A stretch of 64,000 bases of DNA from an uncultured Pseudomonadales bacterium (GTDB lineage: Bacteria > Patescibacteriota > Microgenomatia > UBA1400 > PJMF01), in NCBI GenBank assembly GCA_964521215.1, contig CAZFRD010000004.1:241-64240 (forward strand), given 5' to 3'. Every line of letters starts with the position of its first letter. The first letter of the stretch is position 1. Below are positions 47,174-56,156 of the stretch, piece by piece. The notes below the pieces were generated by a model, which was not told the DNA's origin, did no database searches, and was given only the letters and a program-made list of their open reading frames with translations. The position numbers and the translations under genes were made by a program.

Positions 47174-48181
47174 ATGGGCAATTTTGGATCACAAGAAAAA
47201 TTTTCAAGAACACTGGATACATCTCCCGAAGAGACAGATCTGAAAGACTTAGAGGTTCTTTTTCGACACCTTAGATTTGCCGAGGGGCTCCAGATTGCAT
47301 CTGAATTAAGTTTTAACCAAATCTTGGCTGACAGCATCAAACTACTTCTCCAAGATACATTTGTTTTACAGTATGGACTTTTCTTCGATGAGTTCGAAGT
47401 AAAAATATCTTTCGGAGAACGTCCAGATGAAAAAATCATCATGGTAACAATTGTCGATTCAAAACGGGAGGAATTTGCTCAAAAGATGAATTTCTCAAAT
47501 GGGAGAACTCTGTATGGAATGAAACAAAATGCAGTGAGGCTGAAAATATTATCTGTAATTGATGAGCTAAATCGTCGTTTCCAAAGTGATTTCCAGACGC
47601 AATTAGTACCTGGAACTACAAATTTGGGTAAAGTCACTGAATTTGCTATTAAGCAAACAGTGTTTTTAGTTCAAACATATGAGAATGACTTGCTTCGAGA
47701 AACTGCCAAAGATTATAAAGATACTATTGAAATTGCATACCGAAACCAAGAAAAGCAACGCATTTCCGAAATGCTTGTTCAGCTTGAAAAGCTTATTACA
47801 GCCACGATCTTAAAGCACGAAGCAAAATTTCAGGGATTATTTAGGAAAATGTTTAATTCTTCAAAACCAAGACTAGAGGCAAGTGTATTTACAGAAAATG
47901 AGCATAACGATATTCATGTCTTGCTCACTCTTTCGTTTAACTTAGATGCTTCAATCAAGTATACTCAAGAGCAATTTTCTCAGTCTCAGGACGCAATTCG
48001 CCAGTTGTCAACGGAAATAGTGCAAATTAATCTGGAAAATGATATTTTGACTCAAACAGACGCAGTTCCTCAACTTGGTGGAGGAAGGTTAAGAAATCTG
48101 TTTGGAGGTAAAAAAACTTTAGAAGCAAGACATTTTTCATATGTGTTTGAGGTCATATTAGACCTAGATGAGTTGAACTAA
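47174..48181 (+). CDS. Hypothetical protein (ORFan, 335 aa, predicted alpha-helical, soluble)
   Basis: Long open frame with coding-like composition, AT-richer than neighbours by eye, no motif recognised. Divergent from the GT2 gene. Confidence 0.45.
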   Translation: MGNFGSQEKFSRTLDTSPEETDLKDLEVLFRHLRFAEGLQIASELSFNQILADSIKLLLQDTFVLQYGLFFDEFEVKISFGERPDEKIIMVTIVDSKREEFAQKMNFSNGRTLYGMKQNAVRLKILSVIDELNRRFQSDFQTQLVPGTTNLGKVTEFAIKQTVFLVQTYENDLLRETAKDYKDTIEIAYRNQEKQRISEMLVQLEKLITATILKHEAKFQGLFRKMFNSSKPRLEASVFTENEHNDIHVLLTLSFNLDASIKYTQEQFSQSQDAIRQLSTEIVQINLENDILTQTDAVPQLGGGRLRNLFGGKKTLEARHFSYVFEVILDLDELN

Positions 48182-48374
48182 GTGGCAGTGGTGATAAATT
48201 ATTATCAGATTATGGTTGTTTTGCATGATTACTTTTGAAGAATTAGAAAGCGGTTCCAGTAGTAAATAAGACAATATTACTCCAGAGTGGATGCTAATTG
48301 TTCAGCTAACCAATATGGTGAAAGCGATGAAAATGACGTTTTGTTTCAACAAAATATGATATTAATAGTCAAAA

Positions 48375-48953
48375 CTATTGAAACCAGCGGGCACGACCCA
48401 GCCGATAGCTGAGCTTGGTTACGTCTCTGGTGCCAATCGGTTTGGCAGGTACGCCACCGACGATGGTGCCCGCTGAGACTGACTTGGTGACAACGGCGCC
48501 GGCGGCCACGACGGCGCCACGTTCAATCGTGACGCCAGGTAAGATTATCGCTCTTGGTCCAATAAAAACATAGTCTTCAATAGTGACTGGTGCTTCAATA
48601 GGTTTGAAATGAGGGTCGTGCAAATCGTGTTCGCTAGTCCAAATCATTGCTTGACTAGCTATATCGACGTGATTGCCAATCGTAATTCCACCGGTGGAAC
48701 CAGCGAGTTGTCGTCGACCATCAAGCGTGACTTGTTCACCAATAATGGAATCTTCACCAATGGCGATGTAGCGCGGATCGTAGATCCGCGCCATCATATG
48801 AATCGTTGATCCAGCGCCAATTTTGATGCCAGCTAAGCGATAACAAAATCGTCGAAAAAAATGAGACGGTACACCGCCGACAATCCACCAGAGTAAACCA
48901 GTGACAAACTCCAGCCAAATAGCCTTCAAACGACGTTCAATTTTATTTATCAT
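48375..48953 (-). CDS. Hexapeptide-repeat (LbH) O-acetyltransferase, WcaF/maltose-galactoside acetyltransferase-like
   Basis: 'IGNHVDIASQAMIWTSEHD...IGPRAIILPGVTIERGAVVAAGAVVTKSV' are left-handed beta-helix repeats. Confidence 0.8.
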   Translation of the reverse strand: MINKIERRLKAIWLEFVTGLLWWIVGGVPSHFFRRFCYRLAGIKIGAGSTIHMMARIYDPRYIAIGEDSIIGEQVTLDGRRQLAGSTGGITIGNHVDIASQAMIWTSEHDLHDPHFKPIEAPVTIEDYVFIGPRAIILPGVTIERGAVVAAGAVVTKSVSAGTIVGGVPAKPIGTRDVTKLSYRLGRARWFQ

Positions 48954-48984
48954 AGTTTAATTTTAACACTGTCAATTCAACTGG

Positions 48985-49353
48985 CTATACTTTGATTTCT
49001 TTTTGTTCAACAGGCTGGAGCGAAGGAGAAAATAATCGGTTCTCTTGAAATAGCACCTGAACTTCTTCTGTTGAGTAATAGTAACTGGCATGAATATTTT
49101 TATTATTAATAAAATGCTTATGAATACCAAATACAAAAAATAAAAATGAGAAAACCAAAAATACCCAGCCAGAAATAATCAGATAAGGATGATCGACAAA
49201 TTTAATCACTGTCACACCAGCAATAAAAAAAGTTAACGCTGTGCGTACAGCGGAATAAAACGTTCGTTCGTTAGCTAATGAGGTCCTTTCAATTGCCAAA
49301 GTATCTCGGAGGATGAGATTATTTGCCGTAATAGCTTTATAAGCTGTTTGCAT
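48985..49353 (-). CDS. DUF202/YidH family small membrane protein
   Basis: 'LANERTFYSAVRTALTFFIAGV' matches the DUF202 signature (LAxERTxLAWxRT); two TM helices. Confidence 0.55.
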   Translation of the reverse strand: MQTAYKAITANNLILRDTLAIERTSLANERTFYSAVRTALTFFIAGVTVIKFVDHPYLIISGWVFLVFSFLFFVFGIHKHFINNKNIHASYYYSTEEVQVLFQENRLFSPSLQPVEQKEIKV

Positions 49354-50344
49354 AAGTTAGGTGTTTTTTACCTGCATCGGTGACCACTCTCCCCTTGGGT
49401 GTGCGTTTGATAAAGCCGACTTGGAGCAAATATGGCTCGATAACTTCCTCGATGGTACCCGGGTCTTCACTCAAAGCTGCGGCCAAGGTGGTCAACCCCA
49501 CTGGTCCGCCTTGGAATTTGTTAAGAATAGATAGTAATAAATTACGATCGTGTTCGTCCAGACCGAAATCATCGATTTGATACATGCTCAGCGCTTTGTT
49601 GACAGTATCTGGAACGATGGGAGAAATATGGCTGACCTGAGCAAAGTCGCGAACTCGCTTGAGGAGCTTGAGGGCGATGCGCGGAGTACCGCGCGAGCGC
49701 CTGGCGATGGTCAGAGCGGCGGCGGTATCAATAATAGTATCCAATTTGTGCGCCGCCGCCGTAATAATCTTAACCAATTCTTCTGGCAAATAATGACCAA
49801 ACCGATGAACCATACCAAAACGATCCCTAAATGGACCAGTCAATAAACCATATCTTGTAGTAGCTCCAATTAGAGTAAATCTTGGCACATCCAGACGTAA
49901 AGTTCTTGCCGAAGGACCCTTGCCGATCACAATATCTAGCGCAAAATCTTCCATCACGGGGTAGAGAGTCTCTTCTACGACTTTGGGCAGACGATGGATT
50001 TCATCAATAAAAAGTACATCGTTGGGTTCCAAACTAGTCAAAATGGCAGCTAAATCACCTGTTTTTGTCAGCGCGGTACCGCTGGTGAGTTTAATATTCA
50101 CACCCAGTTTTTTAGCCACCAGATGAGCTAGGGTGGTTTTGCCTAACCCCGGTGGACCATAAAGCAACATATGATCGAGTGCTTCTGCTCTTTCATGAGT
50201 GGCTTGGATAGCGATTTGTAGTGCTTGTTTAATACCAGGCTGACCCAAGAATTCATGCCACTCTCCCACTCTCAGCGAAGTAAAAATTTGTTCTTCTTCT
50301 GGCGTTGTATCTCTAGTGTTAAGAGGAGTATTTTTTTGTTTCAT
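49337..50344 (-). CDS. ruvB: Holliday junction branch migration helicase RuvB
   Basis: Walker A 'LLYGPPGLGKTTLAHLVA', 'LFIDEIHRL' and the C-terminal winged helix; 335 aa. Confidence 0.95.
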   Translation of the reverse strand: MKQKNTPLNTRDTTPEEEQIFTSLRVGEWHEFLGQPGIKQALQIAIQATHERAEALDHMLLYGPPGLGKTTLAHLVAKKLGVNIKLTSGTALTKTGDLAAILTSLEPNDVLFIDEIHRLPKVVEETLYPVMEDFALDIVIGKGPSARTLRLDVPRFTLIGATTRYGLLTGPFRDRFGMVHRFGHYLPEELVKIITAAAHKLDTIIDTAAALTIARRSRGTPRIALKLLKRVRDFAQVSHISPIVPDTVNKALSMYQIDDFGLDEHDRNLLLSILNKFQGGPVGLTTLAAALSEDPGTIEEVIEPYLLQVGFIKRTPKGRVVTDAGKKHLTYANSL

Positions 50345-50410
50345 GTATTCTTTGGTTATTGTACACGAATACTACTTGAAATAAACAAACCCATATAATA
50401 TACTATAAAG

Positions 50411-51196
50411 ATGAATAGAGAAAACACAATTAATCACCCCGATGCATTAGTTGCAGCAGATATTTATGGAATGCAAGAGCTAATTTCTTCAATAATTGAC
50501 AATCTAGTTAGCAGATTAATTCCGAAGACATCTATGGAAGTACCATTAGATATTAATTTGCAAGTAAAATTACAGATAGCAACGGGTAATGATCGAACTG
50601 AAATTTCTACTATATCTTATGTTGTTCGTCTCAATGCTGATCGGCAAGAATATAGGATTCTTCCAGATTTTAACCTTCCGCATATTATTGTTAATCACGT
50701 GGCAGGTTCAGCCGATAAAAAATGTCATTTGTACTTGAAACTTATGGATCCAAGCCATACTTTGCAAAATGATGTTGTTACAGCATCTTTTGTTCTTCAG
50801 AAAGCATCGGTTGCTGAAAAATCGGCTGAGATCGCACCCGATCGCATACAGACTTTTTTAGTTCCAGTTGGGTCTGAAGTAGGTTTAGACAATTTGTTTA
50901 CAGTTTTGAACGACCTGAGTGTGGCAGTAGTAAACGTTGCGAATAAGCTTAAAAATGAAGGAAAAGTTGGGTATTCAGAATGGGTTAGGTTTCCAATTTC
51001 AATTTATAGTTTTGGCGATCACGAACTTATTTTATCCACGGCTGTTCGGATAAGGTATATTCCTAATATAAAAAAACCTAATTTAATGTTTGAAAAAACA
51101 GAAGTGCTTATATCTACTCTAATTAAATATCTGAACAACACTATGGGCATTGATGCTTCAGTAAGATCATTACTAGTAAATATTGATGTTGGATAA
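50411..51196 (+). CDS. Hypothetical protein (ORFan, 261 aa) on the opposite strand between ruvA and ruvB
   Basis: Open frame, AT-richer than the ruv genes by eye, no recognisable motif. Confidence 0.45.
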   Translation: MNRENTINHPDALVAADIYGMQELISSIIDNLVSRLIPKTSMEVPLDINLQVKLQIATGNDRTEISTISYVVRLNADRQEYRILPDFNLPHIIVNHVAGSADKKCHLYLKLMDPSHTLQNDVVTASFVLQKASVAEKSAEIAPDRIQTFLVPVGSEVGLDNLFTVLNDLSVAVVNVANKLKNEGKVGYSEWVRFPISIYSFGDHELILSTAVRIRYIPNIKKPNLMFEKTEVLISTLIKYLNNTMGIDASVRSLLVNIDVG

Positions 51197-51231
51197 CGTG
51201 TAGGAATTGCATAATCTAAAGCAGGATGAAC

Positions 51232-51807
51232 CTACTTGTTGTTATCTGTCAGATGTCTCATCGCCCGTTTGACCTGTTCTGCAATACTTAATCGGTGGTC
51301 AACTTCCCTCACCACTCGATAGACTTGTTGCTCGTCAAAACCCAAACTGAGCAAGGCAGATACCACATCTTGCTGGCTGGGATCCGTCACCCCACCTAGT
51401 TCTAGTTCCTGCAAACTACCCAATTTACTTTTCAGTTCAATAATAATTTTTTGCGCCAGCTTCTTCCCCACCCTGGGAACCGTCGAAAACTGGCTCACGT
51501 TGGCTTCCTGTACGGCCTGAGTAATTGTTGTTGCTCCCAGATCTGATATAGCTAAAGCTGTGCGAGGGCCGACGCCATTAACTCCAAGTAGTAGTTGAAA
51601 AAGTCGTTTTTCGGCAAAATCAAGAAAACCAAACAATTCCAAAACATCCTCTTTAACATGAGTAAAAATAAACAGCGTGGTAGTTTGGTTGCTAATTAAT
51701 TTTCCAAGAGTCGAGGTCGTTACAGCTACTTGGTAGCCAACACCACCGACGTCGATAATCAGTTCTTGATTTTGCAGGATCACAATACCAGTGAGAAGTC
51801 CAATCAT
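51232..51807 (-). CDS. ruvA: Holliday junction DNA helicase subunit RuvA
   Basis: 'MIGLLTGIV' is the OB domain; 'LLGVNGVGPRTALAI' is the HhH motif; C-terminal domain III. 191 aa. Confidence 0.85.
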   Translation of the reverse strand: MIGLLTGIVILQNQELIIDVGGVGYQVAVTTSTLGKLISNQTTTLFIFTHVKEDVLELFGFLDFAEKRLFQLLLGVNGVGPRTALAISDLGATTITQAVQEANVSQFSTVPRVGKKLAQKIIIELKSKLGSLQELELGGVTDPSQQDVVSALLSLGFDEQQVYRVVREVDHRLSIAEQVKRAMRHLTDNNK

Positions 51808-51812
51808 AGGTT

Positions 51813-52319
51813 TTATAATACACCCAAATTTAACCCGTGAGTGAGCGCGATGGCGATGGCGTCCAGTTCGTCGTCAACTAACGGAGTGTTAATACCAAGC
51901 TCCAGTTGCAGTTGTTTAGCCATGGCTAGTTTGTCCGCCTTACCGTAACCAGTAATGGCCAGTTTAACCGATTGAGGATGATACTCAAACACTGCCACCT
52001 GATGGTTAAGCAATTGTCCAATAATTACGCCTCTGACCTCAGACACTCTGAGCGCAGTTTTCTTATTGGTAGAAAAAAAAAGTTCTTCGACCGCTGCTTG
52101 GCTGGGTTGATATTGCTTGAGAATTTTGGTTAAAGCACTAATAATTTGCTGATAACGATCCATGATTGGGGTCTTGGCTGAGGTTTGGATTAGGCCATGA
52201 TCAATCAAATGCAATTTTCTACCAATTACCTCGCCAACCGCCCAGCCCAGTCGGTCAAATCCTGGATCGATACCAATGATGGTTTTATTTTGCAGAAACG
52301 GCTCCAGATTTTTTTGCAA
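51813..52319 (-). CDS. ruvC: Crossover junction endodeoxyribonuclease RuvC
   Basis: 'IIGIDPGFDRLGWAV' is the RNase H-like catalytic motif; 'DELDAIAIALTH' is the C-terminal acidic catalytic motif. Confidence 0.85.
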   Translation of the reverse strand: MQKNLEPFLQNKTIIGIDPGFDRLGWAVGEVIGRKLHLIDHGLIQTSAKTPIMDRYQQIISALTKILKQYQPSQAAVEELFFSTNKKTALRVSEVRGVIIGQLLNHQVAVFEYHPQSVKLAITGYGKADKLAMAKQLQLELGINTPLVDDELDAIAIALTHGLNLGVL

Positions 52320-53481
52320 CTTTTTGTAATGTTTCTAAGACGATTTGGGCGGAAGCCTCCCAACTAAAAAATGCCAACTGTTCTCTGGCATATCTTCTAT
52401 AAGTGGCTCGTTGTTTGGCGGTGTGAGTGAGAGCTTGCCACATGGCTGTGCAAATCGCATCGGGAGAATTTGGTGTGATCACCAGCCCGGCTTGGCCAAC
52501 TACTTCTGGTAAGCTTGAGTTATTTGTCACGATTGGTAATGAACCATATTGCATCGCTTCCAATGGGGGTAAGCCGAAACCTTCGGCTTCGCTGACTAAG
52601 AGAGTGGCTGTCGCTTGACTATAAAGTGCAACTTGCAGTGATTGAGAACAATAACCAACTCTTTTGATGAGAGCGTGTACAGATGAGCGACGAATCGCCT
52701 CCAGACTGGTGTGGGCCATCCAGCCTGTTTTTCCAGCCAAAACCAGTTGGGGAATTTGGGTGGGACTAATGCCTTTGGGCACACGCTCGGTTTGGAATTT
52801 GGTAACAAATCTAGCGAATCCCTCAACTATTAAGGGAATATTTTTCCGTGGTTGGATAGTACCCACAAACAAAAAATAAGGAGTTTGAACTTGTTTGCCT
52901 TCCAGTAATTCTTGTTGCTCGCTGGGTTTGACGGCAATTTTTTTTGGTGGACCAGGATAGGCAACGATAATATCGGAGTTACGAATGCCATAGTATCGAT
53001 GAATCGAGTTTTTTGTTGCCTGACTAATAGCAATCACTCGATTGGCTTTTTTGGCGCTGCGCTCAGTCCAGTGTTGGAGTTGAAAATGGTCACGCCACCG
53101 AAAAGTGTGAGGGTGAGACAAAAAAGCCAAATCCATGATGGACGATACATAAGGTATCGGACAAATACTGGGCGCGTAGTGACCGGGAGTAAAAAAAACT
53201 GCATAAAATTTCCGACGTGAATAAAGGTACTTGGGCAAAGCCCACTGCGTCCAAAAACGTTTTGGTCCAAACGTTTGATACTGCCAGCCGTCGCGTGGGA
53301 GTGGTAAATCTGGCTGGGGAACTGAGTGTAAGAGTATTTCAAACTGGTATTGAGCCGAATGGCCACGAGTAATTTTTTCTAGCGCAGTAAGCATTTCATA
53401 GGCGTAGACATTACTGCCCACTCGCTGAGCGATATTGGCCTCATTACCATCAATGGCGATGATTAGTGGCGTTGGTTTCAT
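52285..53481 (-). CDS. Family 4 glycosyltransferase (GT-B)
   Basis: 'FLFVGTIQPRKNIPLIVEGF...EGFGLPPLEAMQYGSLPIVTNNSSLPEVVG' is GT4. Start at the ATGA overlap with the upstream paralog. Confidence 0.8.
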   Translation of the reverse strand: MKPTPLIIAIDGNEANIAQRVGSNVYAYEMLTALEKITRGHSAQYQFEILLHSVPQPDLPLPRDGWQYQTFGPKRFWTQWALPKYLYSRRKFYAVFFTPGHYAPSICPIPYVSSIMDLAFLSHPHTFRWRDHFQLQHWTERSAKKANRVIAISQATKNSIHRYYGIRNSDIIVAYPGPPKKIAVKPSEQQELLEGKQVQTPYFLFVGTIQPRKNIPLIVEGFARFVTKFQTERVPKGISPTQIPQLVLAGKTGWMAHTSLEAIRRSSVHALIKRVGYCSQSLQVALYSQATATLLVSEAEGFGLPPLEAMQYGSLPIVTNNSSLPEVVGQAGLVITPNSPDAICTAMWQALTHTAKQRATYRRYAREQLAFFSWEASAQIVLETLQKVAKKSGAVSAK

Positions 53482-54605
53482 GATTGCCAACCCTCCCGTG
53501 TTTTCTGATAAACAGCCAGAGTTTTTTGAGCCGTTGCTTCCCAGCGAAAAACTTGCAACCGCAAGATCATGCGTTGGTCTCGTATTTTTTCTGCGCTCCG
53601 ATCTTCATTCAAAATTACTTTAACGCCCTCACGAATACTTTCCCACTCCAAAGGATCTACCAGTTCTGCAGCGTTGCCAGCGACTTCTGCCATGCCTGAG
53701 TTATTACTAGTAACTACTGGGGTGCCGTGGTGAAAGGCTTCCAAAATGGGCAAACCAAAACCTTCGTACAGCGATGGGTAGAGGAAAAGCCGAGCTTGGT
53801 CATAAAGCGCTGCCAACTCAAGGTCGTTCACCGAACCAAGGAAAATTGGCTCGGCTGGAAAGTGGTTGGATGCGTGATTATCCCAGCCACTAGCGCCGAC
53901 GATAACCAAATCAAAATCCTTGGCAAATGCTTGCCAAGCCTGAATAATTCGAGTTAAATTTTTTCTTGGTTCTTGTGTGCCCACAAATAAAAAAAACGGT
54001 TTAGTGAGATCATATTTATTGGCAATGGCTGATTGTTTTTCTTCTGTCAGCTCCTGGCTGATTTTGACTACATCTTGGGGCAATGCCTCATATACCAAAT
54101 GAACCCGCTCGGGTTCTATAGCTAACAATTCAATAATGTCCCGACGAGTCGTTTGACTAACGGCAATGACGTGAGTTTGTGAACGCTTAATTCGATCCCA
54201 AGCAATTTGGTGAGCGTGCAACACGGCTGGATGAGCAATGCTGGGTATACGGAGCATGGCTAAGTCGTGAATAGTTGTCACCATGGGCAAATTTTTGTCT
54301 GGAGGCAGGTGCCAGTCCCAAGCATGGAAAACATCAATCGCTGGTAATTTGGCTGAAAGTGAGTTAAAACCAGATTGCCAAAGTTTAGAAAGCAAGGAAA
54401 TTGGATAAGACTGCAAAACGTGCGTCTCTTTTCGCAGATGTAACTGTTTAATCTGGCGAAGGAGTTCATTTTTTCGGCGCAAAGAACTACCGTATAAGGT
54501 GAACTGCATTTGGGGCAAAGTGTTCAATGCCAACAATAGATTGCGGGTGTAGCGAGAAACGCCTCGATTGTAGAGCAAGCTAGTGATATCAATTCCCAAG
54601 TTCAT
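53478..54605 (-). CDS. Family 4 glycosyltransferase (GT-B), tandem paralog of the downstream gene
   Basis: 'MNLGIDITSLLYNRGVSRYTRNL...FFLFVGTQEPRKNLTRII...EGFGLPILEAFHHGTPVVTSNNSGMAEVAG'. Confidence 0.8.
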   Translation of the reverse strand: MNLGIDITSLLYNRGVSRYTRNLLLALNTLPQMQFTLYGSSLRRKNELLRQIKQLHLRKETHVLQSYPISLLSKLWQSGFNSLSAKLPAIDVFHAWDWHLPPDKNLPMVTTIHDLAMLRIPSIAHPAVLHAHQIAWDRIKRSQTHVIAVSQTTRRDIIELLAIEPERVHLVYEALPQDVVKISQELTEEKQSAIANKYDLTKPFFLFVGTQEPRKNLTRIIQAWQAFAKDFDLVIVGASGWDNHASNHFPAEPIFLGSVNDLELAALYDQARLFLYPSLYEGFGLPILEAFHHGTPVVTSNNSGMAEVAGNAAELVDPLEWESIREGVKVILNEDRSAEKIRDQRMILRLQVFRWEATAQKTLAVYQKTREGWQS

Positions 54606-56118
54606 AAGTCGGTGTGGATTGGTAAATACGGACGAAACCAATGCCAGGATAGTCTAGCAAATCCTGAAGCTGATAGCCAGATTTTTCGATCGCTGTTCTT
54701 AAATAGTGGTTGGGATCGGTGAGATCGGTTAAATATTCAAAATAAATTAGTTTGTCAACCAGCCCTGTTTTACTTAACTGGGAAATTATTTGCTCGGCCT
54801 GAGAGATTGATGTCAGGGAAAGTTGGCCGGTTGAATAATCTCCCGATAATGCAGAAAGGTTAAACATTGATCGGTACCAGACAATTGGTGCAAAGGGAGC
54901 AGAAAAACTGCTCAAGGTGTTTGCCTGAAAATGCGTGGCAGAAAGTTGCCGAATAACTTCACGCCAATTCTCTCTTTGTAACTGGGGATTGCGGTAGTAT
55001 TGATAAACAGAAAATAGGTTGATAGCAATTAGTAGCGCCATTAGCGCACAACCAGCTCGGCGAAACCAAAGACTCAGTGTTTGAGCCGACGAAAATAACC
55101 AAACCATCAGCAAATAAAAAGCTGGCAGTAGAAATATGACTCGTTTTGGTTGAATGACTGGCACGAAAAAAGAAATGAGCCATGCAGTTAAAAGCGGGAT
55201 TAAAAACCAAATTAAAAGCAACCGAAGAGAAAGTTTTTGTTTGCTGGACATCGATTTTGCTTGCCACTGCTTGAGTAATCCAATAGCCACGAATCCAGTT
55301 ATTAAACAAATTAAAGCGAAGCTACTCAGATAGTATTGGTTGACCGAAAGATCGAGCACTCCGAAGATGAATTTTCCAAGAACTAAAGGCAATACTTTTA
55401 GTTGACTAGTGCTCACGGCAGATTCCCAGTTGGGCAGTTGTAATCGTAAAAGTTGGCCGGCTTGCAGTTGTTGAAAAAATGCTGGCAACCAGGGAGCGAA
55501 ACCTATTACTATCGCCAGTAAGCCGGCTAGCCAACCCCGATAATTTTGAGTGTTGCTAGCTTTCACTGCTAAAAAAATCAGTTGAGAAATCAGTAAAAAG
55601 GGATACAAATATGAACTGTATAGCCCGAGGAGCGAAAGCAAGCTCCAGCCAACAATAATTTTCTTTGAGTCTTGTTTTTGAGCGACCAACCACCAGCTCC
55701 AAACAGCGAAACATAAGGGTAAAGCGTAGGGTCGCAGTTCTTGAGAATAGAACAAATGGAAAGAGTTGGTCGCTAAGAGTATGCCGACTAATAAGCTCCC
55801 CGCAAGTGCTTGGTTTTTCGGTAAGAGTTGACGAGCAAGTAAAATTGATCCCCAGATCGAAAGTAAGCCTGGTATTAATGCGCCAACTGATCTGAGCCAC
55901 CACTCCTGCTGATTGATGGCGAGAGCAAAGTGAACAATTAAATGCAAAAGAGGCGGTTGAAAATCGGCTCGGAGATCTAGCTGTTGGCTCAATGGCCGAG
56001 CGCTTTCCAGAGCTTGTGCGGCTTCGTCAAGCCAAAATGAGCCACCTAGCAGGGGCAATCTTAGTAACAAAGCTAGTAGCAGGACTAGTGCCACTAACCC
56101 TGCCCAGTATTTTTCCAT
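54589..56118 (-). CDS. GT-C fold membrane glycosyltransferase (PMT/ArnT-like)
   Basis: 'LRLPLLGGSFWLDEAAQALESARP' is an N-terminal DE motif loop typical of PMT_2/ArnT-type enzymes; about 12 TM helices. Confidence 0.65.
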   Translation of the reverse strand: MEKYWAGLVALVLLLALLLRLPLLGGSFWLDEAAQALESARPLSQQLDLRADFQPPLLHLIVHFALAINQQEWWLRSVGALIPGLLSIWGSILLARQLLPKNQALAGSLLVGILLATNSFHLFYSQELRPYALPLCFAVWSWWLVAQKQDSKKIIVGWSLLSLLGLYSSYLYPFLLISQLIFLAVKASNTQNYRGWLAGLLAIVIGFAPWLPAFFQQLQAGQLLRLQLPNWESAVSTSQLKVLPLVLGKFIFGVLDLSVNQYYLSSFALICLITGFVAIGLLKQWQAKSMSSKQKLSLRLLLIWFLIPLLTAWLISFFVPVIQPKRVIFLLPAFYLLMVWLFSSAQTLSLWFRRAGCALMALLIAINLFSVYQYYRNPQLQRENWREVIRQLSATHFQANTLSSFSAPFAPIVWYRSMFNLSALSGDYSTGQLSLTSISQAEQIISQLSKTGLVDKLIYFEYLTDLTDPNHYLRTAIEKSGYQLQDLLDYPGIGFVRIYQSTPTYELGN

Positions 56119-56138
56119 ATGAGTATTATGGCATCTTT

Positions 56139-56147
56139 TGCTACAAT
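56139..56147 (+). promoter_or_regulatory. Extended -10 promoter element (TGcTACAAT) for the UXS operon; implies a leaderless or near-leaderless mRNA
   Basis: TG-n-TACAAT sits 9 nt upstream of the ATG at 56157, in a 38-bp divergent intergenic region. Confidence 0.3.
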
Positions 56148-56156
56148 CAGTGATTG

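Noticed and set aside
47086-47442. 119-aa N-terminal extension of the GT2 ORF (46123..47442)
   Set aside because: It runs across the divergent intergenic region into the 47174 gene. The GT2 domain starts at the internal Met (MAKTQQSLLSIIVISYN) at 47085.
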